Assembly (NCBI GenBank): GCA_963667365.1
Contig: OY763324.1
Span: 3,921,829-3,985,828 of the forward strand
DNA from: Candidatus Poribacteria bacterium
Lineage (GTDB): Bacteria; Poribacteria; WGA-4E; WGA-3G
Direction: 5' to 3'
DNA length: 64,000 nt
The position numbers and the translations under genes are program-made. This document shows, in pieces, positions 32,045 to 41,193 of the stretch (its first letter is position 1; the number at the start of each line of letters is the position of its first letter). The notes beneath the pieces were generated by a model that did not search any database, was not told the origin of the DNA, and worked only from the letters and a program-made list of their open reading frames with translations.

Positions 32045-32944
32045 ATGCCAAAAATAGACGCACATCTCCATGTATTTACTAAAGTTTCACCTAAGTTTCC
32101 TCGAGAAGTTACCGCATTATGTCCTGCTGAACGAGAGGAACCTGTTGAAAAACTGTTAGGTGAAATGGACAAACATCAGATTGACCAAGCAGTTCTTGTC
32201 CAGATCGGTGGAACAAGTATTCAACACCACAAGTATCTGGTACATTGTCTTCAGAAATATCCTGACAGGTTTCTTGGAATTGGTGTTGTCCCGATCAATC
32301 ATCCAAACCCCGATAAACATATGTCAGAATTATCTGAAGGAACAGGTATAATCGGATTTCGCCTTTTTGAGCTTGGTGGACCAAGAGATATATTTGCAAC
32401 CAAAGGTGTACGCAACATTAAGGCATATAAGATTTTTGAATATGCTGCTGAACATGATTACGTTTTATGGCTTTATCCACGTTCAATTGATGCCCATCTG
32501 CTTCCATTTTTAATACGCGCATTTCCGCAAGTTAGGGTTGTACTCAACCATCTGGGTATGACTCCCGGTAAAGGAAAATTCGATTTGGATGAACTTGGTA
32601 GACCACGGATTCAAGTATCAGGTTACAATCTCAATATGCACACAACATACAGATTGGCTCGGTATGAAAACGTCATGGTGCATTTGTCGGGTCAGTATGC
32701 CTTCAGCAAACAGGAATATCCATATAAGGACTTGGCAGGATGGCATGGTAATCTACTAAATGACTTTGGGTCGAAACGATTGATGTGGGCAACAGATTTT
32801 CCGTGGATTTTGGAAGAACCAGGTTACGGTGAACTCACAACAGTTGTAGAAAAATTGTTACCGAATCTCTCTGAATCAGAGTTAGCAGACATAATGGGTG
32901 GAAATGCTAAGCGATTTCTAAGGTTTCCCAATAGAAATTCATGA
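32045..32944 (+). CDS. amidohydrolase_2 family protein
   Basis: IDAHLH, VVLNHLG, RLMWATDFPW and IMGGNA. Confidence 0.85.
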   Translation: MPKIDAHLHVFTKVSPKFPREVTALCPAEREEPVEKLLGEMDKHQIDQAVLVQIGGTSIQHHKYLVHCLQKYPDRFLGIGVVPINHPNPDKHMSELSEGTGIIGFRLFELGGPRDIFATKGVRNIKAYKIFEYAAEHDYVLWLYPRSIDAHLLPFLIRAFPQVRVVLNHLGMTPGKGKFDLDELGRPRIQVSGYNLNMHTTYRLARYENVMVHLSGQYAFSKQEYPYKDLAGWHGNLLNDFGSKRLMWATDFPWILEEPGYGELTTVVEKLLPNLSESELADIMGGNAKRFLRFPNRNS

Positions 32945-32993
32945 TATTAAGTAGATAGGCATATCCATCAATCTCACACCGATTTTAACCAAT

Positions 32994-34667
32994 CTAATCT
33001 GGTCGTAGACGAGATAATCCAGTAAACAAAAGTATAATGACTCCAATTCCGATAAGTATACCTAATCCGGATGGGAATCCGAGTGCGGCTGGAAGATAAC
33101 CACATAGTAATGCAATCACAGCAACAGTAAGTGCATACGGCATTTGGGTCCTCACATGATGCATTGGATCACAACTGCTAACAATAGCACTTAGTATAGT
33201 TGTGTCGGATATTGGGGAACAGTGATCACCGAAGATCGCGCCATCAAGCACTGCACCTAAGCAAATTATTGTAGTGATACCGTAAGCGTTACCGTCAAGG
33301 ACGAAAGCAACAGGAATTGCTGTAGGGATAAGTATTGCCATCGTCCCCCAACTTGTGCCAGTTGCAAATGAAGTTAGAGAAGCAACCACAAATACAAGAG
33401 CAGGAAACCAGAGAGGTGACACAACATCGCTGAGTAATGAAGCAATAAAATCTCCTGTCATTAATTTGTCGCAACTTGCTTTTATTCCCCATGCACATAA
33501 AATAATTGCTATCGGTAATAGAGTTCCTGAGAGACCTTCCTTGACTGCTTTCCCTATTTGTGGAAATGACATATTTGAGAAAATTAACCCACATAGGATT
33601 GCTGCGATAAAAGAAGTTATGGCTGCAGATGCGAGTATTTTGACGTTGTTCGCATTTGAAAGTGCATCTCGCCAAGCAATCAGTGAGAAAACAGATCCTG
33701 TTCCTTTTCCATCAATCCATAATCCACCAAGTATTAAGCTAAACAGGAGTACAAGCGGTATGACTGCAGAAAGGATTTGTTTTTTACCGTTTTCAGTGTT
33801 AATATCCGCAGAGATGCCACCCATAACTTTCGCATCTGGATCGGAAACATTACCAGTATCGCGAGCACGGTTTTGTGCATTCCGCATCATACCGTAATCA
33901 CGTCCACTGATTGTGTTTATGATAACGAATATAATTGTCAGAATACAATAGAAACGGAACGGCAGTGCATCAAAGAACATCTTATAACCATTTGTATCTA
34001 CTAAACCGATATTCTGTGCAACCGCTTCAAATAAACCCACTTCATAACCAATCCAAGTGCTAACAAAGGCAAGACCAGCAATCGGTGCACTTGTGGAATC
34101 GACAATATATGCTAACTTTTCACGACTGACTTTATATTTATCAGTAATTGGTCGCATTGTAGGACCAACGAGCATTGCGTTGCTGTAGTCTCCAATGAAG
34201 ATAACTGTCCCCATTATAGCAGTGACGAGTTGTGTGGAACGAGGACCCTTTGCAAGGTGGGATAACACAGAAATAGTACTTGCAATTCCTCCAGATGCAA
34301 TGACTACTGAGATCATAGACATCATGAAAAGGACAAATAGTATCACCCATAGGTTAAAAAGATCAATTCCTTCATTTCCAACAGTAACTGCACGTGTGAA
34401 CCAAACTATTTCTGAAATTAATGATTGAAAGGATATATCTTGATTACTCCATGCAAGGAGTAGACCTGAACCAACTGCTACCCCGAGACTGAGAAATAGT
34501 CGTGTTGTAATAACTGCTAAAGTGATGGCAATCAAGGGTGGGATTACGCTATACCACCATACAACTGTTCCATCATCAGCACGGACATTGGGAAATTGCC
34601 ACATCAGAACAGTACATATTGCTAAGAAAATTGGGATACATATAAAACTTTTTTGTTTGTAATTCAA
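32994..34667 (-). CDS. Na+/H+ antiporter NhaC family transporter
   Basis: SREKLAYIVDSTSAP, FATGTSWGT and GAIFGDHCSPISDTT; many TM helices. Confidence 0.9.
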   Translation of the reverse strand: MNYKQKSFICIPIFLAICTVLMWQFPNVRADDGTVVWWYSVIPPLIAITLAVITTRLFLSLGVAVGSGLLLAWSNQDISFQSLISEIVWFTRAVTVGNEGIDLFNLWVILFVLFMMSMISVVIASGGIASTISVLSHLAKGPRSTQLVTAIMGTVIFIGDYSNAMLVGPTMRPITDKYKVSREKLAYIVDSTSAPIAGLAFVSTWIGYEVGLFEAVAQNIGLVDTNGYKMFFDALPFRFYCILTIIFVIINTISGRDYGMMRNAQNRARDTGNVSDPDAKVMGGISADINTENGKKQILSAVIPLVLLFSLILGGLWIDGKGTGSVFSLIAWRDALSNANNVKILASAAITSFIAAILCGLIFSNMSFPQIGKAVKEGLSGTLLPIAIILCAWGIKASCDKLMTGDFIASLLSDVVSPLWFPALVFVVASLTSFATGTSWGTMAILIPTAIPVAFVLDGNAYGITTIICLGAVLDGAIFGDHCSPISDTTILSAIVSSCDPMHHVRTQMPYALTVAVIALLCGYLPAALGFPSGLGILIGIGVIILLFTGLSRLRPD

Positions 34668-35033
34668 AGATTACCTCAATATAGTATAATTTGAAAAGAC
34701 TAATGATACCGTTTAGTAAAATATCATAAATGCTTTTATAAATCAAGTTTCACATTTAAATGGGTGTGTACAGTTTTTGGCATTTACCGCATAATTCACT
34801 CCTGTCCATCACTCAAAATATCTTGAAATGCTATTACAAAATATTCACGATAATTGATTCGTTTTATAATGGGAACCGTAATTACTTATACATTTCTACG
34901 ATTTCATCGATTGACGCTTCGGCATTGTATTCCCATTTGCGCTTTTCTATGTTACCCATATTCTGGTTGCATTATATATGGTGATATTATAAAATACGCA
35001 CAAGTTTATTAGAATCTCAGGAGTACCTCCCAA

Positions 35034-35984
35034 ATGTTTAAAGCTGGATTTATTGGTGCTGGTGGACGCAGCCAAGGTGCACATTATCCAAGTGTCAATC
35101 GACTTGAAGATGATGTTGAAATGTCCGCTGCATGTGAACTTGACGAGGGAAAACTTGCACAGGTTGCACAGAAATATGAGTTTCCTCAAACCTTCACTGA
35201 CCACCGCAAGATGTTGGATACAATGGATTTAGACATTGTATATTGTGTGATGAACGAAAAATGGATTTTACAACCCGCTCTGGATTGCCTAAATGCAGGA
35301 AAACATCTGTTTATTGAAAAACCGCCTGGGAAAAACAGTGATGAGACACAACAATTGTTGGAAGCAGCTGTAGCAAATGATGTTTACTGTATGGTAGGAT
35401 TTCAACGTAGATTTGCTGCTGTTACCCGCGAAGCAATGCGTCGTGTTGGAGAAAAAGGTCCTGTTTCGTTGGCAGTCACAACATTCAATAAACAGATTCT
35501 TGGTGGTAATAGAGAATTTACAACAACACTTTGGAACGATGTCTGTCATGTTGTTGATTTACTGCGCTATATGGCTGGTGGTGAACCAGTTGAAGTTTCC
35601 GCACATCGCGACAAATTTGGTGCAGAAGCACGCAATTTTTATACGGCTTATGTGCGTTTTGATAACAATGTCACTGGTGTTGTTTTCGGTAATCGTGCTT
35701 CGGGTGGACGAGTTCTGCGATCAGAATTACACGGTGTTGGGATCGGATGTTACATGAAAATCCCAGAAGAGATCGAAATTTATGAAAATAATAATAGAAG
35801 TGTAATGGGAGGCTGGGAAGTAGATGGTGTAGACGAACGCGATTCTGCGAGTTACGAAGGTGTGCTGACAATGCATAAACACTTCATAGACTGCGTCCAG
35901 AATAAAAAAGTTCCACTCACCGACCTACGCGATGTTATACATTCTATTCATCTTGTTGACCAAATAGAAGGTCCTCTACCTTAA
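35034..35984 (+). CDS. Gfo/Idh/MocA family oxidoreductase
   Basis: GFIGAGG, HLFIEKPP and VGFQRRF. Confidence 0.9.
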   Translation: MFKAGFIGAGGRSQGAHYPSVNRLEDDVEMSAACELDEGKLAQVAQKYEFPQTFTDHRKMLDTMDLDIVYCVMNEKWILQPALDCLNAGKHLFIEKPPGKNSDETQQLLEAAVANDVYCMVGFQRRFAAVTREAMRRVGEKGPVSLAVTTFNKQILGGNREFTTTLWNDVCHVVDLLRYMAGGEPVEVSAHRDKFGAEARNFYTAYVRFDNNVTGVVFGNRASGGRVLRSELHGVGIGCYMKIPEEIEIYENNNRSVMGGWEVDGVDERDSASYEGVLTMHKHFIDCVQNKKVPLTDLRDVIHSIHLVDQIEGPLP

Positions 35985-36005
35985 GTAAACATGGAGGAAT
36001 ATTAG

Positions 36006-36869
36006 ATGCTTGATGAACGTCATCTCCAGCATCAGATTACTGAGGAACAACTGTGTGCGTTAAATGCAGATGGGTTTTTTATTGTAGAAGACGCGCTACC
36101 GATAGAGCTTGTTGTCCAATTAGAAGAACGAGTTGATTCTATCTATAAAACTCATTTAGATGCTGAATATGACCCACATAGAAAAAAACAGATGACACCG
36201 CACGACAATTTTTTCTATCCAAATTTTCTTGGTAAAGACCAACTGTTTGTCAACATTTTGGATTGGTATAAAACCTTTCCTAAAGTCTGGGGTATTTTAG
36301 GATGGAATATCTACTCCTATCATAGCCATTTTATTATAACACCACCACGTCCTGAATCCTCGCGTGGGACTCAGTCACCACTGGGTTGGCATCAAGATAG
36401 TGGACGGGTGAATATTGAAATAGAGAGTTCTCCACGTCCCCGCCTATCAATTAAAGTTGTCTATTGGTTGTCTGACTGTTCTCTGCCGGGACGTGGAAAT
36501 TTCTATATTATTCCAGGTAGTCATCTGTGGGATAAGTTGGAACGACCTAAAGATGGAACACTCCCTGATGGAGCAACAGTGGTATGTTGTAAACCCGGAG
36601 ATGCAGTCTTTTTTGATAGACGGATATGGCATGCGCGTAGTGAAAATGACTCTGATATAACACGCAAAGGTATTTTTTATGGATATGGATACCGATGGTT
36701 ACGCAGTAAAGATGACATGACTATTCCTGATGATTTATTTACGCAGAACGATCCTATCCGTCAACAACTTCTTGGTGGAGGCACGAATGCAAATGGTCAT
36801 TTCTCCCCGAAAGATGTGGATGTGCCATTGAAGGTGTGGCTTGAAGAGAAAGGGGTTATTTCAAACTGA
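36006..36869 (+). CDS. phytanoyl-CoA dioxygenase (PhyH) family protein
   Basis: WHQD, IPGSH and PGDAVFFDRRIWH. Confidence 0.9.
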   Translation: MLDERHLQHQITEEQLCALNADGFFIVEDALPIELVVQLEERVDSIYKTHLDAEYDPHRKKQMTPHDNFFYPNFLGKDQLFVNILDWYKTFPKVWGILGWNIYSYHSHFIITPPRPESSRGTQSPLGWHQDSGRVNIEIESSPRPRLSIKVVYWLSDCSLPGRGNFYIIPGSHLWDKLERPKDGTLPDGATVVCCKPGDAVFFDRRIWHARSENDSDITRKGIFYGYGYRWLRSKDDMTIPDDLFTQNDPIRQQLLGGGTNANGHFSPKDVDVPLKVWLEEKGVISN

Positions 36870-36898
36870 TTGTAATGATGTTGTGAAATATAAATGTC

Positions 36899-36932
36899 TT
36901 GACATTACCTTCAGGTCGTGGTATGGTATAAT
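36899..36932 (+). promoter_or_regulatory. probable sigma70 promoter for the peroxiredoxin gene
   Basis: TTGACA-17nt-TATGGT, with TATAAT at 36927-36932. Confidence 0.45.
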
Positions 36933-37217
36933 TAGGATATGGATGGGGATTGCGATATTACATATCCACAAGTTTTTGTCTGAATCTCAGATTAATCAGA
37001 TCAATTAATTATCAGTATTTGTAGTGGTACCATTTATTGCTCCACAAGCAATTATCTGAATTCTTGATTTACATAGATTGCTTGTATTCCGCGAATTATT
37101 AACCTAATTTATCATTTTAATTAAATATGTTTAGAGTAAACGCGTACATCAGACTTTAATAATTCGTTTATTATTCATTTAACCTGATTTTAGTATTACC
37201 AATTTAGAGGTACAAAT

Positions 37218-38234
37218 ATGTTTCATAAACTATCAATTCAATTTGTTGGAGTCGTGTTATTATTTGCATTGCTTCTGACTCCAGCAGTAATAGCGGAGAA
37301 AGAAGTGGAAAAACCCAAAGAACTTACCGTAGGCATGGTTGCCCCAAATTTCACTCTTAAAGATGAGACAGACACCGAACGAAATCTCAATGAATTTTTG
37401 GGTGAGAAAAACGTTGTGCTTGCCTTTTATCCGAAAGACTTTACTGGTGGCTGAACAGCGGAACTTAAATCGCTCCGGGATAAATTGAGCGAAATAGAAG
37501 AGACAGAAACAGTCTTGCTTGGTGTTAGTGTAGACACGGTTGACTCCCATAAAAGGTTTAGAGAGGAAAATAAGTTTGGATTTTCTTTACTTGCCGATAC
37601 AGAATTTGAGGTAAGTAAGCAGTACAGCGGTATAATAGAAAGGTTCAACGCGTCAAAACGTACTACTTTCATTATAGACAAGGCGGGTTATATACGGGCT
37701 ATAGATAAAAAGGTCAATGTAAAGACACACGGTGATGATGTGGTTACTCTGCTTAATGATGTATTACCGAAGATAAAAGTAGGTCAGTCTGCGCCTGATT
37801 TTATCGTCAAAGATGCTGAAGGGAAATCATACCAACTCAGTAAGTTGCATGAGAAAAAGAATGTGGTTTTAGCGTTTTATCCGAGAGATTTTGGTCGTGG
37901 CTGAACGCTTGAAGTATGCTCGCTCCGTGATGAGTCGAGTAATTTTGCAAAACACGATGTCCAAGTCTTTGGAATTACTATGAATGATGCTGATTCTCAT
38001 CAGAAATTTACGGAAGAAAATAAGTTAAATTTTCCGTTGTTAGTAGATACTAACAAGAATCTTGCCTTCCTGTTTGGTGCTGCAGAAAAGTCGAAGGAAC
38101 GACTTAATCGTCTGACGGTAATTATTGATAAGGCAGGTAAAATAGTGAAAATTGACAAAGAGGTTAACCCAACCACCCATGGGTCTGATATAGTGGAATT
38201 CTTCAAAACTTCCGATACACCAAGAATTAATTAA
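37218..38234 (+). CDS. exported tandem BCP/PrxQ-type peroxiredoxin with two in-frame UGA (selenocysteine) codons, 338 aa
   Basis: ORFs 37218..37454, 37485..37904 and 37980..38234 share one frame. TGA at 37452 and 37902 fall at the peroxidatic positions: FYPKDFTGG-U-TAELKSLRD and FYPRDFGRG-U-TLEVCSLRD. N-terminal signal peptide. Confidence 0.9.
37470..37492 (+). promoter_or_regulatory. putative bacterial SECIS hairpin 1
   Basis: TCGCTC-(CGGGATAAATT)-GAGCGA, 15 nt after the first UGA. Confidence 0.6.
37917..37941 (+). promoter_or_regulatory. putative bacterial SECIS hairpin 2
   Basis: TGCTCG-CTC-(CGTGAT)-GAG-t-CGAGTA stem with a bulged U, 12 nt after the second UGA. Confidence 0.6.
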
Positions 38235-38845
38235 TGAAACACAAGGCTTCCTCGGTATTTCCCTCAAGGATTGCGCTGGGGACATCTGTAATATTCAGTC
38301 CGTTTCTCGTCCCAATTGTGGCAGCTATCTTCGTAATTAATAAACATGCTGACACAACCGAGGAAGTCTTACTTTGGTTCGTAGTTGTTGCTACGTTTGT
38401 GACAGTTCTTCCAATATTCTCAATATTTATGCTATATCGTTATTCTAAGGTGAGTGATGTGCATTTGCATGCCAAAGAAGAACGTCTTATTCCGTTAAGC
38501 TTAACATTAGCAAGTATGATGTTCGGTACTATCATTCTATATCGAATAGGTGCTAATGAAAGTATTATCTGGGTGTGTCAAGCGTATATTGTTAACAGTG
38601 TAGTGTTTACTGCTATCACCCCATTTTGGAAGATCAGTTTCCACACCAGCGTAGCCACAGGTTGTATTATAGTCTTGGCGTTATTCGTCAATCTGTATTT
38701 AGTATTGCTTTTCCTTTTTATTCCATTGATTGCTTGGGCACGAGTTTTTCGTAAACGACACACACTTACCCAAACTGTGGTTGGAACGGTGTTAGCAATT
38801 ATAAATACGATGTTATTTTACTATATTCTACCACCTACGGTTTGA
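38234..38845 (+). CDS. integral membrane protein, PAP2-like
   Basis: About 6 TM helices. WKISFHTS and WARVFRKRHT motifs. TAATG overlap with the peroxiredoxin stop. Confidence 0.7.
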   Translation: MKHKASSVFPSRIALGTSVIFSPFLVPIVAAIFVINKHADTTEEVLLWFVVVATFVTVLPIFSIFMLYRYSKVSDVHLHAKEERLIPLSLTLASMMFGTIILYRIGANESIIWVCQAYIVNSVVFTAITPFWKISFHTSVATGCIIVLALFVNLYLVLLFLFIPLIAWARVFRKRHTLTQTVVGTVLAIINTMLFYYILPPTV

Positions 38846-38871
38846 GATAAAAGGATGATCGAGTTTGTTTC

Positions 38872-39681
38872 TTATCGATATTGAGAATAACGTGCTAATT
38901 GTGGAAGATCATCCCAATCGCATTCCAAGCAGAAATAACTTTGACTGATTTGCCTCACCTCACCGTTACATTCAGGACAGCATGTAAGACGGTCCTCCTC
39001 TTTTGAATCGGATTCCGATGACTGTGGAAACAGCAATAGTTGTCCCATCGGTATTGCACTTTCTCGACTGGCAATATCCTGCTGGACAGTGTCAATTACT
39101 TCTTGTGCATTTAGATGGAATGGTGGGGGTGCATTTTCTGTTAGATCAATGAATCTACTTCGATAGAATCGGATACTTTCAACATCGTTGACACGTCGCA
39201 TGAATACCGTAAATTTTTCTGGTGCTACCAGAAATGCGGAGGAATCGTGTATGTGGTGTTTTGCATTTAGTGAAAGTTCATATCCTTCATATTCAAAGAT
39301 AGAATTTCCATATTCCAACATTGTTGTGTCTGGTGTGTCTTGAAATACCTCATTAAGTTCATAGGATCGGGTTACAGATAGAATTAAGGTATACCGTTGA
39401 CATGGAAACCGAGATAGGTGTTCTATTGGTAGAAAGGATTCTGGTTCAGAATTTTGTCGTAGAAATGTCGTAAATGCTTTATATGCAGCTTCTTCTGCCT
39501 CTTTCAAAATTGCACGATTTTCTCTTTGAAGATTTTGGTCGTTATTATCCGAATCAGATGTAAAGGATTCACGGATGTACATTTCAGTCTCAACATGAAC
39601 ATCAAGAACCCTATTCTCATTTCTTAGCAAATGAAGACGAAGAAACGGATCATCAACTGTTTTGAGGACAAAAGGTAACAT
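38872..39681 (-). CDS. hypothetical protein with C-terminal QLLLF plus Zn ribbon
   Basis: GGAG RBS; tail GQLLLFPQ...CPEC...FCLECDWD. Confidence 0.75.
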   Translation of the reverse strand: MLPFVLKTVDDPFLRLHLLRNENRVLDVHVETEMYIRESFTSDSDNNDQNLQRENRAILKEAEEAAYKAFTTFLRQNSEPESFLPIEHLSRFPCQRYTLILSVTRSYELNEVFQDTPDTTMLEYGNSIFEYEGYELSLNAKHHIHDSSAFLVAPEKFTVFMRRVNDVESIRFYRSRFIDLTENAPPPFHLNAQEVIDTVQQDIASRESAIPMGQLLLFPQSSESDSKEEDRLTCCPECNGEVRQISQSYFCLECDWDDLPQLARYSQYR

Positions 39682-39896
39682 ATTTTACTCCGATCACAGT
39701 GGATAAAGTAATTTTAACATATTCCATAATTTCTATTCAACCAAAATACCGTATCTACATTTAATTTGTATCTTTAACAACTATCTGCTATACTATCTAT
39801 AGGTGTAATGCCGATTACACTCCTTCAGTTTTTTAGGTCCCTGATGCTTACCAAATTTCTATTATGGAAAACTGAAATCAAGAAAGGACACAGACT

Positions 39897-40643
39897 ATGT
39901 CAGGACACTCTAAATGGTCAACGATAAAACATAAAAAAGCTGCTATCGATTCCAAACGTGGTAAACTTTTTTCAAAATTAGTAAAAGAAATTTCAGCTGC
40001 AGCACGTCTTGGTGGTGGTGATGTTGATATGAATCCGCGTCTACGTACTGCAATTGCAACTGCTAAATCAAGTAACGTGCCAAATGATAACATTGAAAAA
40101 GCAATTCTTCGAGGTACTGGTGAACTTGAAGGTGCTTCTTTAGAAGAAGTTGTATATGAGGGATATGGTCCCGGTGGTGTCGCGCTGATGATTGAAGTAA
40201 TAACAGACAATCGGAATCGTGCAATCGCTGATATCAGACATGTATTGGGTAAGTTTGATGGACGGATTGGTGAACGTGGATGTGTGGCATGGGGATTTGA
40301 TAAGTGTGGACTCATTGTTGTTGAAGCCGATAGTATTGACGAAGAAGAACTATTTATGCTTGCTGCTGATGCCGGAGCCGAAGACTTGACACCGTTGGAA
40401 TCTGCGATTGAAATCATCACTCCGTTTGAACAATTTGATAAGGTTGTAACTGCCATTCAATCCACAGATGCGAGTATACAACTTGCGGAAATTAGTATGA
40501 TTCCACAAAATACCGTTAAACTTGAAGGCAAAGTTGCAGAAAAGATGCTCCGTCTGATGGAATCCCTTGATGAATTGGATGATGTCCAGAAAGTATATGC
40601 CAACTTTGACATTCCTGATGACATCCTTGAGGCTGCAGCGTAA
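39897..40643 (+). CDS. yebC: YebC/PmpR family protein
   Basis: MSGHSKWSTIKHKK, YEGYGPGG, TDNRNR and ELDDVQKVYAN. Confidence 0.97.
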   Translation: MSGHSKWSTIKHKKAAIDSKRGKLFSKLVKEISAAARLGGGDVDMNPRLRTAIATAKSSNVPNDNIEKAILRGTGELEGASLEEVVYEGYGPGGVALMIEVITDNRNRAIADIRHVLGKFDGRIGERGCVAWGFDKCGLIVVEADSIDEEELFMLAADAGAEDLTPLESAIEIITPFEQFDKVVTAIQSTDASIQLAEISMIPQNTVKLEGKVAEKMLRLMESLDELDDVQKVYANFDIPDDILEAAA

Positions 40644-40655
40644 TAATAGGACCTA

Positions 40656-41177
40656 TTGATGATAATTCTTGGGATAGACCCTGGCATTGCAAACACAGGT
40701 TATGGAATCGTCCAATCTAATGTGACTCGTGTCCAACCGCTTCACTACGGCAATATCCAAACCAGTTCAAAAACCGCATCCGAGAAACGTTTAAAAATAA
40801 TATACGATTCTGTGATGGAACTGATTGTGCAGTTTGATGTAGAAGTCGTAGCACTTGAAGATATATTTTTCAGTAAAAACGTAAGTAGTGCGTTCGTTGT
40901 TGGTGAAGTGAAAGGTATTATTAAACTTGCAGCAGCGAATTCTGGTGTGACTATAGGAGTTTATACACCTTTACAAGTAAAACAAGCCGTTACCGGTTAT
41001 GGGAAAGCACCTAAAACACAGGTCCAAAAAATGGTGCAGATGTTATTAAAACTGAAAGAACTACCCCAACCAGACCATGCAGCGGATGCACTTGCTCTAA
41101 CAATATGTCATGCTCGTTCTCACAAAATGATCCAACTCCAAGAAAATATAAAAGAATCCGCTGGAATCAGAAGTTGA
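40656..41177 (+). CDS. ruvC: Holliday junction resolvase RuvC
   Basis: ILGIDPG, VKQAVTGYGKA and DHAADALA. Confidence 0.96.
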   Translation: MMIILGIDPGIANTGYGIVQSNVTRVQPLHYGNIQTSSKTASEKRLKIIYDSVMELIVQFDVEVVALEDIFFSKNVSSAFVVGEVKGIIKLAAANSGVTIGVYTPLQVKQAVTGYGKAPKTQVQKMVQMLLKLKELPQPDHAADALALTICHARSHKMIQLQENIKESAGIRS

Positions 41178-41193
41178 AAGGAATTGTATCAGT

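Noticed and set aside
37218-38234. Genome-wide UGA reassignment (Trp/Gly) or a pseudogene as the explanation of the in-frame TGAs
   Set aside because: rqcH, ruvC and ruvB end normally at TGA, and Trp is encoded by TGG. Both TGAs hit exactly the catalytic position with no other lesions
39698-39706. DnaA-box-like 9-mer as a replication origin
   Set aside because: Single imperfect box, with no box cluster or dnaA/dnaN nearby
39878-40456. Long antisense ORFs (also 33355..33897, 62388..62825, 16616..17050)
   Set aside because: They mirror well-conserved genes on the opposite strand and show no motifs
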